Below are positions 63,819 through 64,000 of a stretch of 64,000 nucleotides of DNA, in pieces (position 1 is the first letter of the stretch; each line of letters begins with the position of its first letter). A program made the translations under genes and the position numbers. Location of the stretch: the IMG/VR virus record IMGVR_UViG_3300046692_000091, positions 250,815-314,814 of that record; one strand, given 5' to 3'. A model generated the notes under the pieces. It was given only the letters and a program-made list of their open reading frames with translations. It did not search any database and was not told the origin of the DNA.

Positions 63819-64000
63819 ATGCCTCATGCACTAATGGTTCTACCCGATACGTACGATTCTGTTATTCGTCGTGTTGCCGTAGATCTGACAGAACAACTGT
63901 CAAATATTATCGATATCCCTAAGAGTACCCATGTGTATCTCCCAGGTAACTCTGATAAGGTACCGCTAGACAAAGGTAACTTTGGCGCTTGCTGCTCTAC
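63819..64000 (+). CDS. 5' part of a virion protein (phiKZ gp98 position), truncated by the window edge
   Basis: GAGG SD, TATG upstream, open frame MPHALMVLPDTYDSVIRRVAVDL... Confidence 0.7.
   Translation, partial: MPHALMVLPDTYDSVIRRVAVDLTEQLSNIIDIPKSTHVYLPGNSDKVPLDKGNFGACCS

Noticed and set aside
1-64000. CRISPR array, tRNA/rRNA genes, IS/transposase, introns, inteins, DGR template repeats
   Set aside because: No regularly spaced direct repeats, cloverleafs, transposase/RT/HNH/LAGLIDADG motifs or interrupted core genes were seen by eye; tRNAscan-SE, Infernal and CRISPR finders would be needed to exclude them formally.

Overview
This 64-kb window is the core replication, transcription, nucleus and head-assembly region of a nucleus-forming jumbo bacteriophage (phiKZ-like, Chimalliviridae; probably Pseudomonas-infecting). 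By motifs and gene order it is roughly colinear with phiKZ gp49-gp98; the phiKZ numbers come from my recall of sequence and synteny, not from a search. Recognisable genes are both halves of the split family-B DNA polymerase, chimallin (ChmA), four of the five non-virion RNA polymerase subunits (all intron-free here), the RNA-binding protein ChmC, the import factor PicA/Imp1, an SbcD/Mre11 nuclease, an SF2 helicase, a virion RNAP beta' fragment, baseplate-type genes and a long array of protease-processed inner-head/ejection paralogues. No tRNA, rRNA, CRISPR array, intron or intein was seen. The strongest leads are: (1) a diverged Gp49/Acb4-like nucleotide-sponge gene coupled into a late virion operon; (2) six tandem 2-TM microproteins, five of them behind a hairpin-embedded early promoter; (3) two structured, apparently non-coding RNA segments flanking chmA; (4) a family of intergenic hairpins flanked by CATA/TATG instead of U-tracts; (5) an M48-like HExxH protease among head genes; (6) a propeptide-only ejection-protein paralogue; (7) an unlisted Cys-rich microprotein directly behind an early promoter.
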